64,000 nt of DNA, taken from the human T2T-CHM13v2.0 reference genome, Homo sapiens. The notes beneath the pieces were generated by a model, which saw nothing but the letters and a program-made list of their open reading frames with translations, made no database searches and had not been told where the DNA came from. Below are positions 1 to 13,228 of the stretch, piece after piece; positions within the stretch are counted from its first letter, which is position 1; the number at the start of each line of letters is the position of its first letter. The translations under genes and the position numbers were made by a program. Where the stretch lies: the NCBI RefSeq assembly GCF_009914755.1, contig NC_060930.1; one strand, given 5' to 3'.

Positions 1-1379
1 AGCAAAGCATTTTAAAATAGAAATGGCGTGGGAGCTCAGCAGGTCATGAAAATGCCTTCAGAAGAATTTGCTGAAGGACTCTCTTCAGGGGTAAAGATCA
101 AAGATCAGCCATTCACAGCATAAAAGCAGCAGTGTTTTTCATTTTAGCTTGTTCAGTATCATAAGTAAACAGAGATATTGTGTGCGTAGATTGGTTGTGG
201 CTCTCCAGATTTGACAGGGAAGGAAACACATAATTTCAACATGTGAAAGAAATGTGATGGGAGTATAAGAAACTTTCAAATCTAGGAGTGTAGGGAGTGG
301 GTTTCCATCTAGTATATATGTGAAATCTTCCAGGATTCTGTGAATTTAGTCTTTCTCTATTGTGATATGTTTGATTTAAAAGGAATTCAAGTTCACCTAT
401 TTGAAACAAAATTTGCCATCACTATCTGTTTTTTCTTCCTCTGTCAGAAAATATTAAGAGAATCAGCTTTTAAAGTGAAGTTATAAAATCATGATTTTCA
501 TACATTCATTTGAATGCCCACACAATACAACATACAATGATAATCTAACATAAATATGTAAAGGCAATTTAGGTTAGAAAATATTGATTTTCTTTTGTAA
601 ATCAGTAAGGAAGAAAATACTAAATAAGGTGTATAAAAGCTTGGTACAGTTTCTGAGCTGTGCTATATAAAATGTCGTGTTAAGTAAGGAAGTCTGTATT
701 CAACTATTTTTAGAGCTCTATGGACACATATCTGCTTGGGTAGTGTGATAATAAATAAATAGTGTTGATAAATAGATAGGTGGAAAGTTCAGAAGATCTA
801 CCCACACTATTTTGTGCAAATATTGAGTTCACTAGTGCTGTGCAGGATTTTCTCTGAAAATGCTATTTTGGAGATATTAATTGGTATTAAATGCTTCTAA
901 AGGTTCTCATTGTTAAATGAGTTTTAATTGAGTTAAACAGCTTTGCTCAATGAATTTAATATACAGTAAACCTTGTGAATTTTCAATAAGTAAATGTAAT
1001 ACCCATTATTTCCTAAATTTGTTAATTAAATTGCGGGTATATTCTTTTTAGATTGTTTTTTCCAGGTCTATGCCATTTTGAGATAGAGTATTATTGACAC
1101 AATTCTCAAATTATAGACTTATTGCATTTTCTTGCTTTTTTCTAAGTGTTTGCCCTTTTGAGCTTTTCTTAGATAAAATCACAGAGCGGAGTCATAGAGC
1201 ATCTGCTAGCATTACTTCATGTAACTGATTAAGTAAAATGTTAATGCGGTCTCACCCAGCAGGATTCAAAGCATAGTATTAACTCAGAGGGGATGCATGG
1301 AAATACTCTGTGCTAGTTATATCTGTTATCCCTGTCCTGGGGAATGGACTTTAAGAGACTATGTCAAATAGGAGTAAGT

Positions 1380-1785
1380 TCATGAAAAGTAACATGATGC
1401 TGAAGGGGCATTCAAAACTTTCTAATTTGGGAAATATGGAAGGAATTAGAGATGTTTAACCTGGATATGAGATAATTAATTAAAAACTACTATGGCCTTT
1501 AAATATTTGAGAGAATGGCATTTAGAAGAGTAATTACATGTGCCAAAATGGGTACAACTTGATCTAACATAGACGTAACCAGGTTACAGAGTTTTGGGCT
1601 CAGCATAAGGAGATACATTTCTGCAGACAGAATTGTCCAAGAATAACTGTGCCCTTAGGAAGTGGTTGTGTTCAGCCTTAAACTCAGCAGAAATACTGTA
1701 AAGAGAAATGGGGGCAGTCTTAAAAAAATTACAGGATGAAATGACAAATCGGATCCTTTGAACCTAGAAACTTTGTGAATTCTAC
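1380..1785 (+). mobile_element. L3/CR1 LINE 3' fragment (ancient)
   Basis: Degenerate match to the CR1/L3 3' region ('gagatgtttaacctgga', 'tttaaatatttgagag', terminal 'gatcctttgaacctagaaactttgtgaattct'); boundaries approximate. Confidence 0.55.
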
Positions 1786-2289
1786 TACAAAATTTCATTT
1801 AAATGAGCATGTATGCAAAACATAAATTTTCCATGCCTTGATTCAAGATTGTTATTTCCAGCTGTATAGGAAAAAAATGATATTATTTTAACAGGTGTAT
1901 TTGAAGTCCTTTAGGACCGTTCTGTAAGTATTTTTGTAAACAACGTGGAGTATAGAATCTCTAAGGAGAGAATGGTTCACTTCTTTGAAAAATAGAAATG
2001 AACTAACAAATGACTTCTGGTTTGATAAGTGGCTTATTAGTGACAGGGTAGTAAAAGCCAGAACAGAAGCCACACTATATAACCAGAGCAGTGGCACTTA
2101 TAGACATTAAAATTCTATTGTTTTTCTATACAAAATTCAGGTTCTGTCCTAATGATATGAGTAAATTCACCTTGAAATAATAATAAATGCCTCATGGTGA
2201 CCCTGTGGGGTAAGAACTATTACAAATGACAAAGCTGGGGCTATAAGAAATGAAGTATCTTGCCCAGTCAGTGTAGAGAACATTTCTGG

Positions 2290-2860
2290 TTCGGAAAATA
2301 CCACTTTCTTCTGATTTGGGGCAAAAAGAAAATTTATATTTCCTGGCTTTGTTTGCAGTTAGATATGGACATGTGGCATGAAGTTCTATTCTAGTCTCTG
2401 GAAGTTTGAGTACTTATGTGGGACAGCATGGGAAATGCTGGCCAATAATATCACTTTTTTTTCCTTTTACATAGGCTTTTAATCATGCAATTCTGCTCTC
2501 ATAGTCCTAGCTAGTTGAACAAGGGCTGACCTGACCCAGGAGAAGCCATCTACAGATTGCCCAGTGGTCCATGAGGGATCTGCATATAGATTTCTGTCCA
2601 ATTATAGTGCCATAAGCTGGAATGGTGTCTCATCAACCCAATGGGATGCTCTTTCTCAGTGAGTATAGACATGAGACGTATAGAGAAGTAACCAGCAAAC
2701 ACTAAAGCAACAGATGCTGAGGGACTCAGAGAAGCAAAACAGTCAGCAAAGCCCTGAAGTGGAAAAAGTAGAATTGACAGTGCTGTTGTGTGATTGTTAA
2801 AGAATAGTAGTTCTCTTTCCTTGTGTCCCCATGTAATTTATATTGAAACATCCTGCCCAT
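2290..2860 (+). mobile_element. Old ERVL/MaLR LTR remnant (MLT1H/LTR16-like)
   Basis: 'tcctggctttgtttgcagttagatatggacatgtggcatgaagttct' resembles the conserved TTTCCCAGCCTCCCTTGCAGCTAGGTGTGGCCATGTGACT block of these LTRs; subfamily uncertain. Confidence 0.35.
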
Positions 2861-2866
2861 TAACCA

Positions 2867-3357
2867 CGTCCATTAGTTTTCTATAGTTATGTACCAAATT
2901 GTCACAAACTTAGTGGCTTAAAACAATAAAAATTTATTACCTGCCAGTTCTGGGGGTCAGAATGCTGAGATGGGTCTGCTTTGGCTAATCAAGGTATCAG
3001 CAGGCTGTGTTCCTATCTGGAGCTCTGGGGGATTTCATTTTCTTGCCATTTTTAGCTTCTAGAAGCTGTCTTTATTCCTTGGCTCATGGCTAGCCTTTCA
3101 TCTTCAAAGCTAGCAATGGTCAGTCAAGTCTTTCTCACAATGCCATCTCTCTGGTTCTACCTCTTCTACCTCTTCTATTTAAAGACCTTTGCAATTACGT
3201 TGGATGCACTCAGGTTTTCCAGGATAATCTTATTTTAAAGTCAGCTGACTAGTAACCTGAAATGCAACTAAAACTTGAATTATCTTTTGTCATATCAGAT
3301 AATATATTTCCAGGTTCTGGGGATTAAGATTTGGACAGCTTTGAGGGCCGTTATTCA
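2867..3357 (-). mobile_element. MLT1C solo LTR (ERVL-MaLR)
   Basis: Typical antisense MLT1C blocks: 'cacaaacttagtggcttaaaacaa', 'cagttctgggggtcagaa', 'caggttctggggattaagatttggaca'. Confidence 0.8.
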
Positions 3358-4029
3358 TGTTTTTTTCACCAACTGTAATATAGGTGGATTTTTTTGCAAA
3401 CATTAAACTGCACATATTAAACTCAGGTTATTATTTCCTGGCAACCATCTACCACTACTACTAAACAATAAAGTTTAATCTATGATATGCAGGGGTTAAT
3501 AATTTATTTAGCAAGCACAAGTAGACCATGGTGCTTTAAGTAAGAAATCTTAGAGCAGAAATAGACAACATGGTAAATCCTACAATATATGGCCACAATA
3601 TGTCTCAAATTTCAGCATATTAGATGACAATTTGTTCAGTACTCAGAACCATAGAGCGTTATAATAATCTGAGCATTATTCAGATCCCAGTGACAAATAA
3701 GGTATCAGAGGCAGAGTTTTAGTAAATTCTTTATATACCGGTGTTTTAAAACATAAATATGAGTATTACATTGTACATTCAGGATTACACAATTTTTAAA
3801 GAGAGGATCATATTGAAGGTTCAGATATACTGACAAGTTCTCTAACTACAATTTCTCAAGTGAGACAATAATTCCCTTACATCACTTTCCTGAAAAGCAT
3901 TCTCTTTCTCTGACAGCATCTATCAGGTAATGAGAATCTCACTACTCTCATGAGTCAATGGATTATTTTGATAGTTGTCTGGGGTGATTTATGCATAAAC
4001 ATGGCAAGTGAACATATGCATTTATCTCT

Positions 4030-5600
4030 GTCTCATTTCTCAAGGGACAAGGACTAAAACAAACAAACAAATGAACAAGCAAAGATACCAGCCCACAAGG
4101 GCAAACAAATGGAGAAGAAACAGTAGACAAGAGAGAAAACACAATTTTGGAAGTTGAAAAATAAATGGAGAAGTGACAACTGCTTTAGCAGAAGCTGAAA
4201 CATAATTGCCTACAGAGTGGTAAGAATAAGAAGCAAGGTAAAGAACTCTGCAGATCTTCAAAAAAGCTGAGGACTTGCAGACCCCAAGTCGTCTGAAAAG
4301 TGCATGGGGCTACTTCAGGGCAGACGGATTAGCTGTAAGTTGTTCACAAAGCAGTTAGACTCTCTGATCCCCATCCCCTCATGTTGATTTTCTGGATTCA
4401 GTGACACCAGGTATAATGGAGTAACCCGCCTATGAGCCCAACCCAAATTCGAAAGTCACCATGCTCTACCTGTTAACACAGAACTTCCAGTCAGATTTTT
4501 AGTGTGTTGTTTGTGATTATGAACAGATAGCCAAGAACCACATTTGAGGAAGTCCTCCAACATAAAACTTGGAGATCAAAATGAATAGAAAAGAATCGAG
4601 CACAGAAAAAAGAAAGAAAACAGATAAAATAGAGAGTATAAAAAAAAACTTTAAAACTACTGTTAATCTCAAAGAAAAAACAATTCATCCACAAAACAAG
4701 GACAATTAGAGAACAGTAAAAGATTCATGGAAACTATCAAAGAAAGAAAACATGAATATACTCTGGAGGAAAACGACATGTAGTCTGGATTGAAAGAGCC
4801 TACCAAATGCCCACCACAATGAATAAGAAATAAATAAATCAAAACCCACATCTAGAAATATCAGAACTTTAGAATATCAGGGCCAAAAAGAAGACCCTAG
4901 GAGCTCAAGTAGGGTAGGGTGGGCATGAAATAGTGCATATACATAAAAATGAAAAAACAAAATGCCAGAAGAAACTGAAGTCCTCAGTCCTAAAACTGTA
5001 AGGAACTGAATGCTTCCAATAACCTGTGTGAGCTCAGAAGTCAATACTTCCCCAGTTGAGCCTCAGAGAAGACTGAAACCTTAGAAGACATTTTGATTAC
5101 TGCTTTGATTGCAGACTCATGACCCACAGACACTAAATTATTTTAAGCTGATACCTTTATGGTAATATTGTTACAAAGCAATAGATAACAAATATACCTG
5201 GCAATATTACTCAATTGTAAAGGTGGAATGAAAATATTTTCCGACATGGTAGACCTAAAGAATCTTGGCTGAAATTCAACTTTCCAGAGCTCTATGTCTG
5301 CCAAAAATAGATGGCATTCAAGAGAATCTAAGGCATGAAAGAGTAATGAATGACAAAAACAGACAAAAAATTGGGCTTGCATGTGGTAATTATGGTGGGA
5401 GTATTTTGTTGTGAGCAATATTGGACATCTGAAGAAGAAGAACCATACAATCTAGTTTTTGGTAACATCATACAATCCAGAGCACTGTACTTTGCAAATA
5501 GTACACAAATAAATAGGTGAGTGAGAAAGTTCGTGAAATAGAAGTATAAGAAACTCAAAGTACCCTGGTGCAAATAGCATTTGTGGTCAGATTTGTTCAT
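4030..5600 (+). mobile_element. Highly decayed L1M (5' UTR/ORF1-like) fragments, interrupted by an MLT1 piece
   Basis: A-rich plus strand with L1 ORF1-like blocks ('gattgaaagagcctaccaaatgccc', 'aaaacccacatctagaaatatc', 'caattgtaaaggtggaatgaaaatattttccgacatg'). Confidence 0.5.
4965..5197 (+). mobile_element. MLT1D/E LTR 3' half
   Basis: 'aaggaactgaatgcttccaataacctgtgtgagct...cccagttgagcctcag', ending 'tgttacaaagcaatagataacaaata'. Confidence 0.7.
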
Positions 5601-5819
5601 ATAACTAACACTATCATAAGTAATGGTATCTTCAGCTGCCAAGAAGGGCATGTGGGTATTTATATAAATTTCACTTGCCCCACTGCTACCCCAATTCCCA
5701 AAGGGACTAGGAATGCTTTTTTGTACAAAATGAATTAGATGATATATTCTCCTTCCCTTATATAGAGGTTTTAACACTAACTCCACTCTAATTACAGTTC
5801 TTTCCCTCCTTACGGCCTT

Positions 5820-6110
5820 CTCACTTACTGTGCCTTTGGTTTTTGAGCAGATATTTGCATGGTTTATGCCATCACATCACTCAGCTTTGCTTAAGTATCA
5901 CACCTTGGGAAGCTTTTCCCTGTCGTGGTGCCTCAAGTACTAGTCCCTTGCCCTGATTTATTTTTCTTTAAAGTGCTTATCATTATTTATTAATTTTACA
6001 CACCTCCCCCAAACAGATTGTAAGCTCTTTGAAAGATAGATGTTTTTATTCATTTTTCTATCCCAAGACCCATATAGGTGGCAAACAATTAATATTTAAG
6101 TGAATGAATT
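5820..6110 (+). mobile_element. L2 LINE 3' end
   Basis: 'agattgtaagctctttgaaagataga' followed by 'aatatttaagtgaatgaat', the typical L2 tail. Confidence 0.6.
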
Positions 6111-6568
6111 AAATTTCAAAGCCAAACTTTCACATTTCTTCAACTGAAGAATGAGATATAATAAGACAGTAATCTAAACTGGGTTTCATTCTATACTATT
6201 TAAAGATTTTCTAAATGTGCACATTTTCTACAAAGAATTAAATGCAAGAAAGTTATAGACAGATCCAGTTCTAAGGAAATTCAAGGTAATTAGAATAGAC
6301 TACATACTTTGTATTCTCTCCACAATTACAAATTTATATCATTGTAACAGCAAATACAGTGGCCCAACTGTGTCTTCTTAATAGTCATGAAACATGAAGA
6401 TAAAGGCAGGGGTAAAGATTGGTATTATGTTATTTGGTTTTTGAGATTCTGGGCATTATTGACTCTAAAAGCGATGTTTTCCTTGATGTATTGGAACTTT
6501 AGACAGAATGGAAGAGAGCATTTAACCCTTTCTGACCATCACACTTAGCCGAAACAAAAGCATTGCAC

Positions 6569-7231
6569 AGTTGAGAAAAAGAAAATCCCATGGCCCCCAG
6601 CTGACAGAACGGACCATCATCCTGGCCAAGAGGACCACAGAGAAACCATGGAAACTGAGTTACTGGCCATGATGGGATGCAAGATCAAGTATGCCTTGCT
6701 ATATCCCCTTCTTTGCTAAGTGCCATTAGGCTTTCTTCTCTAACAGAAACCAGCCCTTTTGAAAGACTCTTTCCACTCCTGATATCAACCAACCACCTGA
6801 GGCTGCCCCTTCCTTTTGCAGTTTCCCACAAGTGACCAGCATTCCTTTCGGATAAGAGACTACTGAGCATGCAGCGGTTCTGACCAGTAGATGGAGGATG
6901 TGCACTGAGTGCCTTCATGTCCTCAGTCATGATGTCAGAGGGCTGAAAACTTCACCTTCAGTTCCATGGGGAAGATGAAGCATAATTGCATATAGGCATG
7001 TTTCTCCTTTCACAAATATTCATGACTCCTTCTATATATTAATATGCATACTCACCCACCCCATTCAGCATCAATTCCTGTTCCCTTTGCGCCCCTCTCA
7101 AAGTGTTTTCAGTTTTTGCCTGGAGTTAAGCTTCCCAACCTGTCAGAAAGGCTACCTGCAGGCTGCAACCTTTTATGAGAAATAAAACTCTCCTTTCCAA
7201 ATTTATGAACCTTCTCATTCTTCATTTGACA
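6569..7231 (+). mobile_element. MER39-family solo LTR (ERV1)
   Basis: Diagnostic 3' end 'cctgcaggctgcaaccttttatgagaaataaaactctcctttccaaatttatgaaccttctcattcttcatttgaca' with AATAAA and terminal CA; 5' boundary approximate. Confidence 0.75.
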
Positions 7232-7878
7232 CTGTGCATTAGGGGAAGTAGATAGAATCTCTGAGGTAATTCCATCCCCCTGCTAGTTAATTCTTTTTAA
7301 GTTAGATCTCTACCTCATTGCCTGGCATTAATAAGTGTTTAATAATATAAAGAAGAGATGAGAATTGAAGAACTAGCTTCTAAATGTGTTGAAAAGCCAG
7401 CAGGCCATAGGGAGAAGAGGTGAGTTTGCAAGCTCTTCCCAGTGTTATACCTCACAAGATGCAGCCAAGCAAAGGAAGGCTGACTTTTGAGAAGCCATTG
7501 TTACTGCAGTGCAGATTCATGGTAGGCTTGAAGATAAGGCAAATGGTGTTGCTGCCTCTACTGGTAATACTAGGCTCCTAACTCAACTCTTTCAACTCAA
7601 CTTTGTAGTTCTAGATTTTATAAAATGTAATTATACCCAAATCGCTTCTGGCTTTTAATAGAGAAAATGTTGAAGAAAACCATAATGATGACTATTGTGA
7701 TTGTATTATATAATATTATACTCATGTCTCGGTGAATTCCTGCAGATATTTTACAAACTTAAAGTTAGATTTTGACAAGGGTGATGAACCATCCCAGTTT
7801 TCCCAAGACTTTCTGCTTCTATCACTGAAATTCTGCATCGCAAGAAGACTCCCAGCCCCAGGCAAACCAGAACACTTG

Positions 7879-8508
7879 TGTCAGAGGCATTTGAACCAGA
7901 GCGACTCCATCTTGATTAGGGGCTGGGTGAAATAAGGCTAAAACCTACTAGGTTGCATCCCCAGGAGGTTAAGGCACTCTTAGTCACAGGATGAGATTGA
8001 AGGTCAGCACACAATAAAGACCTTGCCAATAAAACAGGTTGCAGTAAAGAAGCTGGCCAAAACCCACCAAAACCAAGGTAACAACAAAAGTGACCTCTGA
8101 TCATCCTCTCTGCTCATTATATGCTAATTATAATGCACTAGCATGCTGAAAGACACTCCCACCAGTGTCATGACAGTTTACAAATGCCACGGCCATGTCC
8201 GGAAGTTACCCTATATCATCTAAAAAGGGGAAGAACCCTCAGTTCCAGGAATTGCCCATCCCTTTCCCAGAAAACTCATGAATAATCCACCCCTTGTTTA
8301 GCATATAATCAAGAAATAACCATAAAAATGGCCAACTAGAAGCTCAGGCTGCTGCTCTGCCTGTGCAGTAGCCATGCTTTTATTCCTTTACTTTCCTAAT
8401 ACTTTCCTTTGCTTTCACTTTACTCTTTGGACTCTCCTTGAATTCTTTCTTGTGCAAAATCCAAGAACACTCTCTTGGGGTTGGGATTGGGACTCCTTTC
8501 CAGTAACA
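7879..8508 (+). mobile_element. MER41B solo LTR (ERV1)
   Basis: Starts TGTCAGAGGCATTTGAACCAGAGCGACTCCATCTTG, ends CCTTTCCAGTAACA; 630 bp; near-TSD cttg/gttg; carries the tandem-GAS segment. Confidence 0.9.
8243..8272. promoter_or_regulatory. Tandem GAS (STAT) motifs within MER41B
   Basis: TTCCAGGAA (8243-8251) and TTCCCAGAA (8264-8272) both fit TTCN3GAA; ETS motif CCGGAAGT at 8199-8206. Confidence 0.6.
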
Positions 8509-8724
8509 GTTGACTATGCTAAGGCATTCTCTTGGGCTGCAGTCCTGGCAGGACCATAATTAAGGCCATGATAGGTTGTTTGAAATTAAAAAGCCATTGT
8601 TTAACCTTCCAGAAGATCTTCATTTCCATTGCAATCACTGATACTTAACTATTGCTGTACCTCGACCATGAAGAGCAGATCATACACTGCTTTAACCCAA
8701 GGATAAACATTCAACACTTAGTGA

Positions 8725-9100
8725 ACCTCTCATTCAGTAATTCTTCTCTTAGGATTTAAGGTAAAACAAAGATGTATATATAAATACATCCATTACAATA
8801 TTATTTATAATAGCAAAAATTGGGAATCAACTTAAATGTCCAAAATGGGGACTAATTTAGTGAAATACATTCATGGAATAGAAGAGTACATAGCCATTTC
8901 AAGCTATCTAATGATGTGATAAAAGCCATCAAAAAGACTTTTAACGTGATGAAAGATATAAAATTGTGTATACTTAATAGAAAAAAAACCGGAAGGAAAT
9001 ATACACAAAATGTTGATAGGTTATCTTTGGATGATATCAAGATACTTTTTCATTTATTTTTGTGCCATTGCACATGCTATTATTTTCTCTATAATCATTA
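8725..9100 (+). mobile_element. L1ME-type 3' fragment
   Basis: 'tatttataatagcaaaaattgggaatcaacttaaatgtcca' and downstream L1M 3' UTR-like sequence. Confidence 0.6.
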
Positions 9101-9564
9101 TAAGAAAATAATTGTTGAGAAAACCATTAATGCCTTGTTTAGAGGATTTTCAATTTTGATTGCCTAAAAGCTGTCTGGGAACTTTACTAACCTAGATTTT
9201 TTGACTCTACTTTCAAATATTCTAAATCAAGGTCTCAGTTGAAGCTCTTGCACCTGCAATTAAAAAAAAATACACTGAAAGATTCTAATGCATGTGCCAT
9301 GAATCATTTGGAAAAATAATAACCGAGAGTGTGTCTATCTTCAATCTATTGTCTATTCTTTTGTCTAGCATGTTAGTCTAACATGCAGATAGAAGAGGTG
9401 GTCCTATAGTCAGTCTGATGTCAAGGCACCATCAATTGCCCAACCAAAGCTACCTCAACCACTGATTAATGATTGAAAGTTTACCATTAGATCTCCTTTC
9501 CTTTAGCCTGTGATTTACCACTGAGGGATTACATCTGAATCACTTTTGGAGCTCTGTGACTGTC

Positions 9565-9673
9565 TGCACACATGCATGCAAGCATACACAACACACAAAC
9601 ATGCATGCATGTACACACACACACAGAGACAGAGAGAGGGAGAGAGAGAGAGAGAGGGAGAGAGAGAGAGAGA
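9565..9673. repeat. Compound (CA/CATG)n-(GA)n microsatellite inside a probable MER5 remnant
   Basis: Repeat seen directly; flanks 'acatctgaatcacttttggagct' and 'tctgaaatcagcatct' resemble MER5A. Confidence 0.85.
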
Positions 9674-11529
9674 TTCCACGTCGAACTTCTGAAATCAGCA
9701 TCTTGAAGTAGGAGGCTGAATGTATGCATTGAAATGGCTCATTAGGTGTTTCTGATATTTACTCTCTTTAACAACTACTGTATCTCTGTAGCCTAAGATT
9801 CAAAATCTTGTTAAAACACGAATGCCCTTGAAGGATAAGACTTTGAAGCTGTTAGCAATTATAAGCATCTTAGTAAAATTGAATTTGTCAGGTTTTTTGT
9901 TAAAGTCAATTTTCATGAAGATAGACGGAACACGAAGATCTGGGTGCATGAAGAGGAATGGAGAGTAATTTAAAAACAAACAAACCACAAAAGCAAAAAC
10001 AAAAAACTCCCAAAAGCCAGCCATACAAAGCAGCTACTGGAACTCCCAGAGACTAAGTGCCAACCTCATCATTTTGCATAGGCAAGCCCCTGGCACTGCA
10101 AGGGTGTTTTTACCAACTCCAAAAAATAATTAGGTGCTATTGGTGAGTAAAGTTTAAAAGTTAAATTGCTCACATCTTAACAATAGCTGAATAGTCCGTG
10201 CAGCAGAAAGTAGCCATTTCATTAGCGCTTTTTGCAAGATCAGTAAGTGGTTCATTATCAATTATGCAGCACTTATGCAGATTTGCTTTAGACTTACACC
10301 TCCAAGGTCACGCTTCCCACATTTCTTAATTTTCTCCTGTATTTGAATGGCTGGGCTTCAAATCTGTGCCTGGGATGTGCTCTCATTGCATCAAGGTGGG
10401 TCAGTTCAAAAGGAAAAGTGGGAATTTCTGCCACAAAAAATATTTTTTTAATAGAATGCATTTTAACTTCTTACCTGCTAGGTTCCAAAGCTAGCTCATT
10501 CTTTTGAAGAATAAAGTGAGAAATAGATAAGTTTTCTAATGCCGAGGTGGAGGTCACAGGAGTTTTTCATCAGAGAATAATGGTTGCCTCAGAACTGGCC
10601 TGGCATCCCCTTGAAGACTCAAGATATGCTGCAGAAGCTCTGTGTGTATGTCAGGGAACAGAAAATAGTTTGAGCAGCTGTAATTTGTGCTGGGACTGCC
10701 CTGTGTTCAGAAACTTAATCCATTTTCTCATCTTCAGTACACCAAAGGATGAGGAGGAACATTTTTCTTAAAGAGTATTTATAAAGGAGTCGCTTAAATA
10801 TATAAAGACAAAGAAGAATGCTAATCGTTCCGTAGAGTATGCTCCTTAAAAGGAATTGTAATAGTGAGAATAGGAAAAGGTCAGTTGGAAAGATAGTGCA
10901 TGATTAAGTAAAGAATTAATCAGGTCTATTCAAACTCTTCCCCTTCCACCTTCCTGGTGTAGGCTGCAAAGTGACTTGTGTTAATGTAGCTAGTTAACAA
11001 AGGCAAGAACAGCTGGGAAAGTCAGAGAATCATTAAATAGGGTTATTTGAAGAAGATATAACCCTCGCTTGAATAGATTTCGGTAACATATGTGTGTGCT
11101 TGACGCTGATGCCTAGGCATGTTGTCCAAAACATTACACTTGAGCTGCTCAAGTTGCAGGAGTACCCTGTTCTATCTTCTCTGAATTCCTGCAGTATTCA
11201 TGCTGATGCATTTCACTCTTGGACTCTTGTTTCTAGGCTGGATCTACATCTAGACCACAAATATGGCATAACCTGAACATAGGCTCTAAACAGGCTTAGG
11301 AATGAATGAGCAGCTCTATCGAGCCTCTTTGGACAATCACTTCAGTGAGAGCTTCATACAAATAAAACATTCTGGGAAGCCTACTATTTTGCTGATGTTC
11401 TGACAGTGATATAGAATGTTAGAGCTGGAAAGCAACTTCTATGTAACTGGGATCCTTTTACAGTTGAGAAACCTGAGGCTTGAGAGGCTATGATAATAAT
11501 GCTGGCATAAGAACAATGTACAACCTAAA

Positions 11530-11715
11530 AGAATATACAGTGGATAGTTGCCTATGTTACCATTTACTCACAACTTCCTGAGTTGGGTAGGATAATTACT
11601 GCCATTTTAATAATTAACTCTGGCTCAGAGAGGTTAACTAACTTTTTGAAAGCAACAAGGAAATGCCCATGCCAGAAATTGAACACTGGTTGATTGAATC
11701 CAAAGGGTATGCTCT
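11530..11715 (-). mobile_element. MIR fragment
   Basis: 'ctcacaacttcctgagttgggtagg...gccattttaa...ggctcagagaggttaactaact', antisense MIR core. Confidence 0.6.
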
Positions 11716-12009
11716 TCTTTATATGCAGGTGTTTCTCAAAGCTGGCTGATGTTCAGAAGGACCAGAGAGTATAAAGCTGGCTTTGAAAACACTGTCCTCT
11801 ACCGCACTGCCCTGCAGGATCCTGCCTGAGGTCTGGAGGCACTGAGGGAGTCAGACTGGGTTTGCATAAAGACGTGCCAGCTACTGGCCTACTCGATTCC
11901 ACCCACCCTTTTGTTTTATGCTGTGCATCCTAATTTATCTGACTTTCGAGCCAGAGCCAGTAGTCTACCTTCCATCTCTAGTGCTATTTGCAGTTAGTCT
12001 CACTCTGAA

Positions 12010-12200
12010 CCGTAACCCCAGGCAAGCATTGATCTGCTTTCTGTCTATAGATGCCTTTTTTTGAAATTTCATATACATAGAATCATAGAATATTCTCTGG
12101 CCTCATTCACTTAGCATAATTTTTTTAGCTTAATTCATATTGTAGCGTGTTTCAGTGGTGTGTCCCTTTTTGTTGCTGACTAGTAATCCATGGTGTATGT
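12010..12200 (-). mobile_element. L1M 3' fragment
   Basis: 'ccccaggcaagcattgatctgctttctgtctatag...aatttcatatacatagaatcata...ttcacttagcataat'. Confidence 0.7.
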
Positions 12201-12209
12201 CCACTGCAG

Positions 12210-12780
12210 AGAAGAAAGTTTAAACTTTTCAGTTTAACATATAAAGCTTTTATAACTTGGCTGCTACCTAGATATCTACCTCCTTCTATTGATGCCCACC
12301 CCCTGACATTCCCTACCCTGACATTTTACTCTAGCAATATTAAGCCATTTGCAGGTTCCAAGCATACTATGTTCTCTTTTCCTATATGTGTTTTCTAATA
12401 ATAATAATATAAATGATATAATAAAGCTAAATCTGCTTTGAACACCCTTATGCTGCCTCTGTCCAACTCTAATCATATTCTGCTCCAGGTATCTTTGTTT
12501 GACTCATTTCTTTTTTTTTTTAATGCAACTCAGAAGTCACCTGCTTTAAAAAGGCTTTTCTGACACATAGCCGTCCTACCCTCAACTTTGGGCTGGCAAA
12601 TAACTGGCAGATGCCCCAGTGATCCATAGTTTCCTCTTCATATCACATGTATCATAAGCATTTGTTCACTGGTTTGCTACTCTAGACTTATCATATTGTA
12701 AGGTAACTGAAGGAGTGAATCATGTCTTTCTGTCGTTAGCAATATAGCACATGGTAAGAATTTAATATGCTTGAAAATAC
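12210..12780 (+). mobile_element. L2 fragment
   Basis: Degenerate L2 3' region ('aaagctttttataacttggctgct', 'atagcacatggtaagaatttaata'). Confidence 0.45.
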
Positions 12781-13228
12781 AAAATTTCCATTCACTGCTT
12801 GTACATCTTGTGGCTAAACATTTTAAGTGCTCCTGAACTCAGTGGAAGAAGAATCTCAGTACCATTGACAAATAAAAAAGGTTAACTGCAGAAAATTATC
12901 TCCAAACGCAGTTGTTCTGTGGAATAATGATAGTCTAGAGTTACCACCACCCATATCACAAATTACTTGTAGACCCTTCAGGAATCACTTTTTTTATGGT
13001 TCTTATTTTATTTTTAGTGAGTATTAAACTAAAAGGAACTTTAAGTATTATCTGATTCAATCATCGTGTTTCAGTGATGTGTATTACTGAGGTCCGAAAA
13101 GTGAAATGACCTACTGAAATTCTCACATCTCATGGCTGAACTTGTACAGAAAACTGGCTTCTGTAGACTCAGATTTTTACCACAACATGCTGTATCCCCT
13201 TTCCAAAAGATGGTGACAAGGGACATAG

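Larger units (their letters stand above)
7777..8521. mobile_element. MER81 (hAT-Blackjack MITE) split by the MER41B insertion (pieces 7777-7878 and 8509-8521)
   Basis: 'agggtgatgaaccatcccagttttcccaagact...ccccaggcaaaccagaaca', resuming after the LTR as 'gttgactatgcta', a degenerate TIR (GTTGGTCACCCTA). Confidence 0.65.

Noticed and set aside
5328-5786. Longest ORF in the track (152 aa, minus strand)
   Set aside because: Non-ATG start, antisense to decayed L1-like sequence, no recognisable domain
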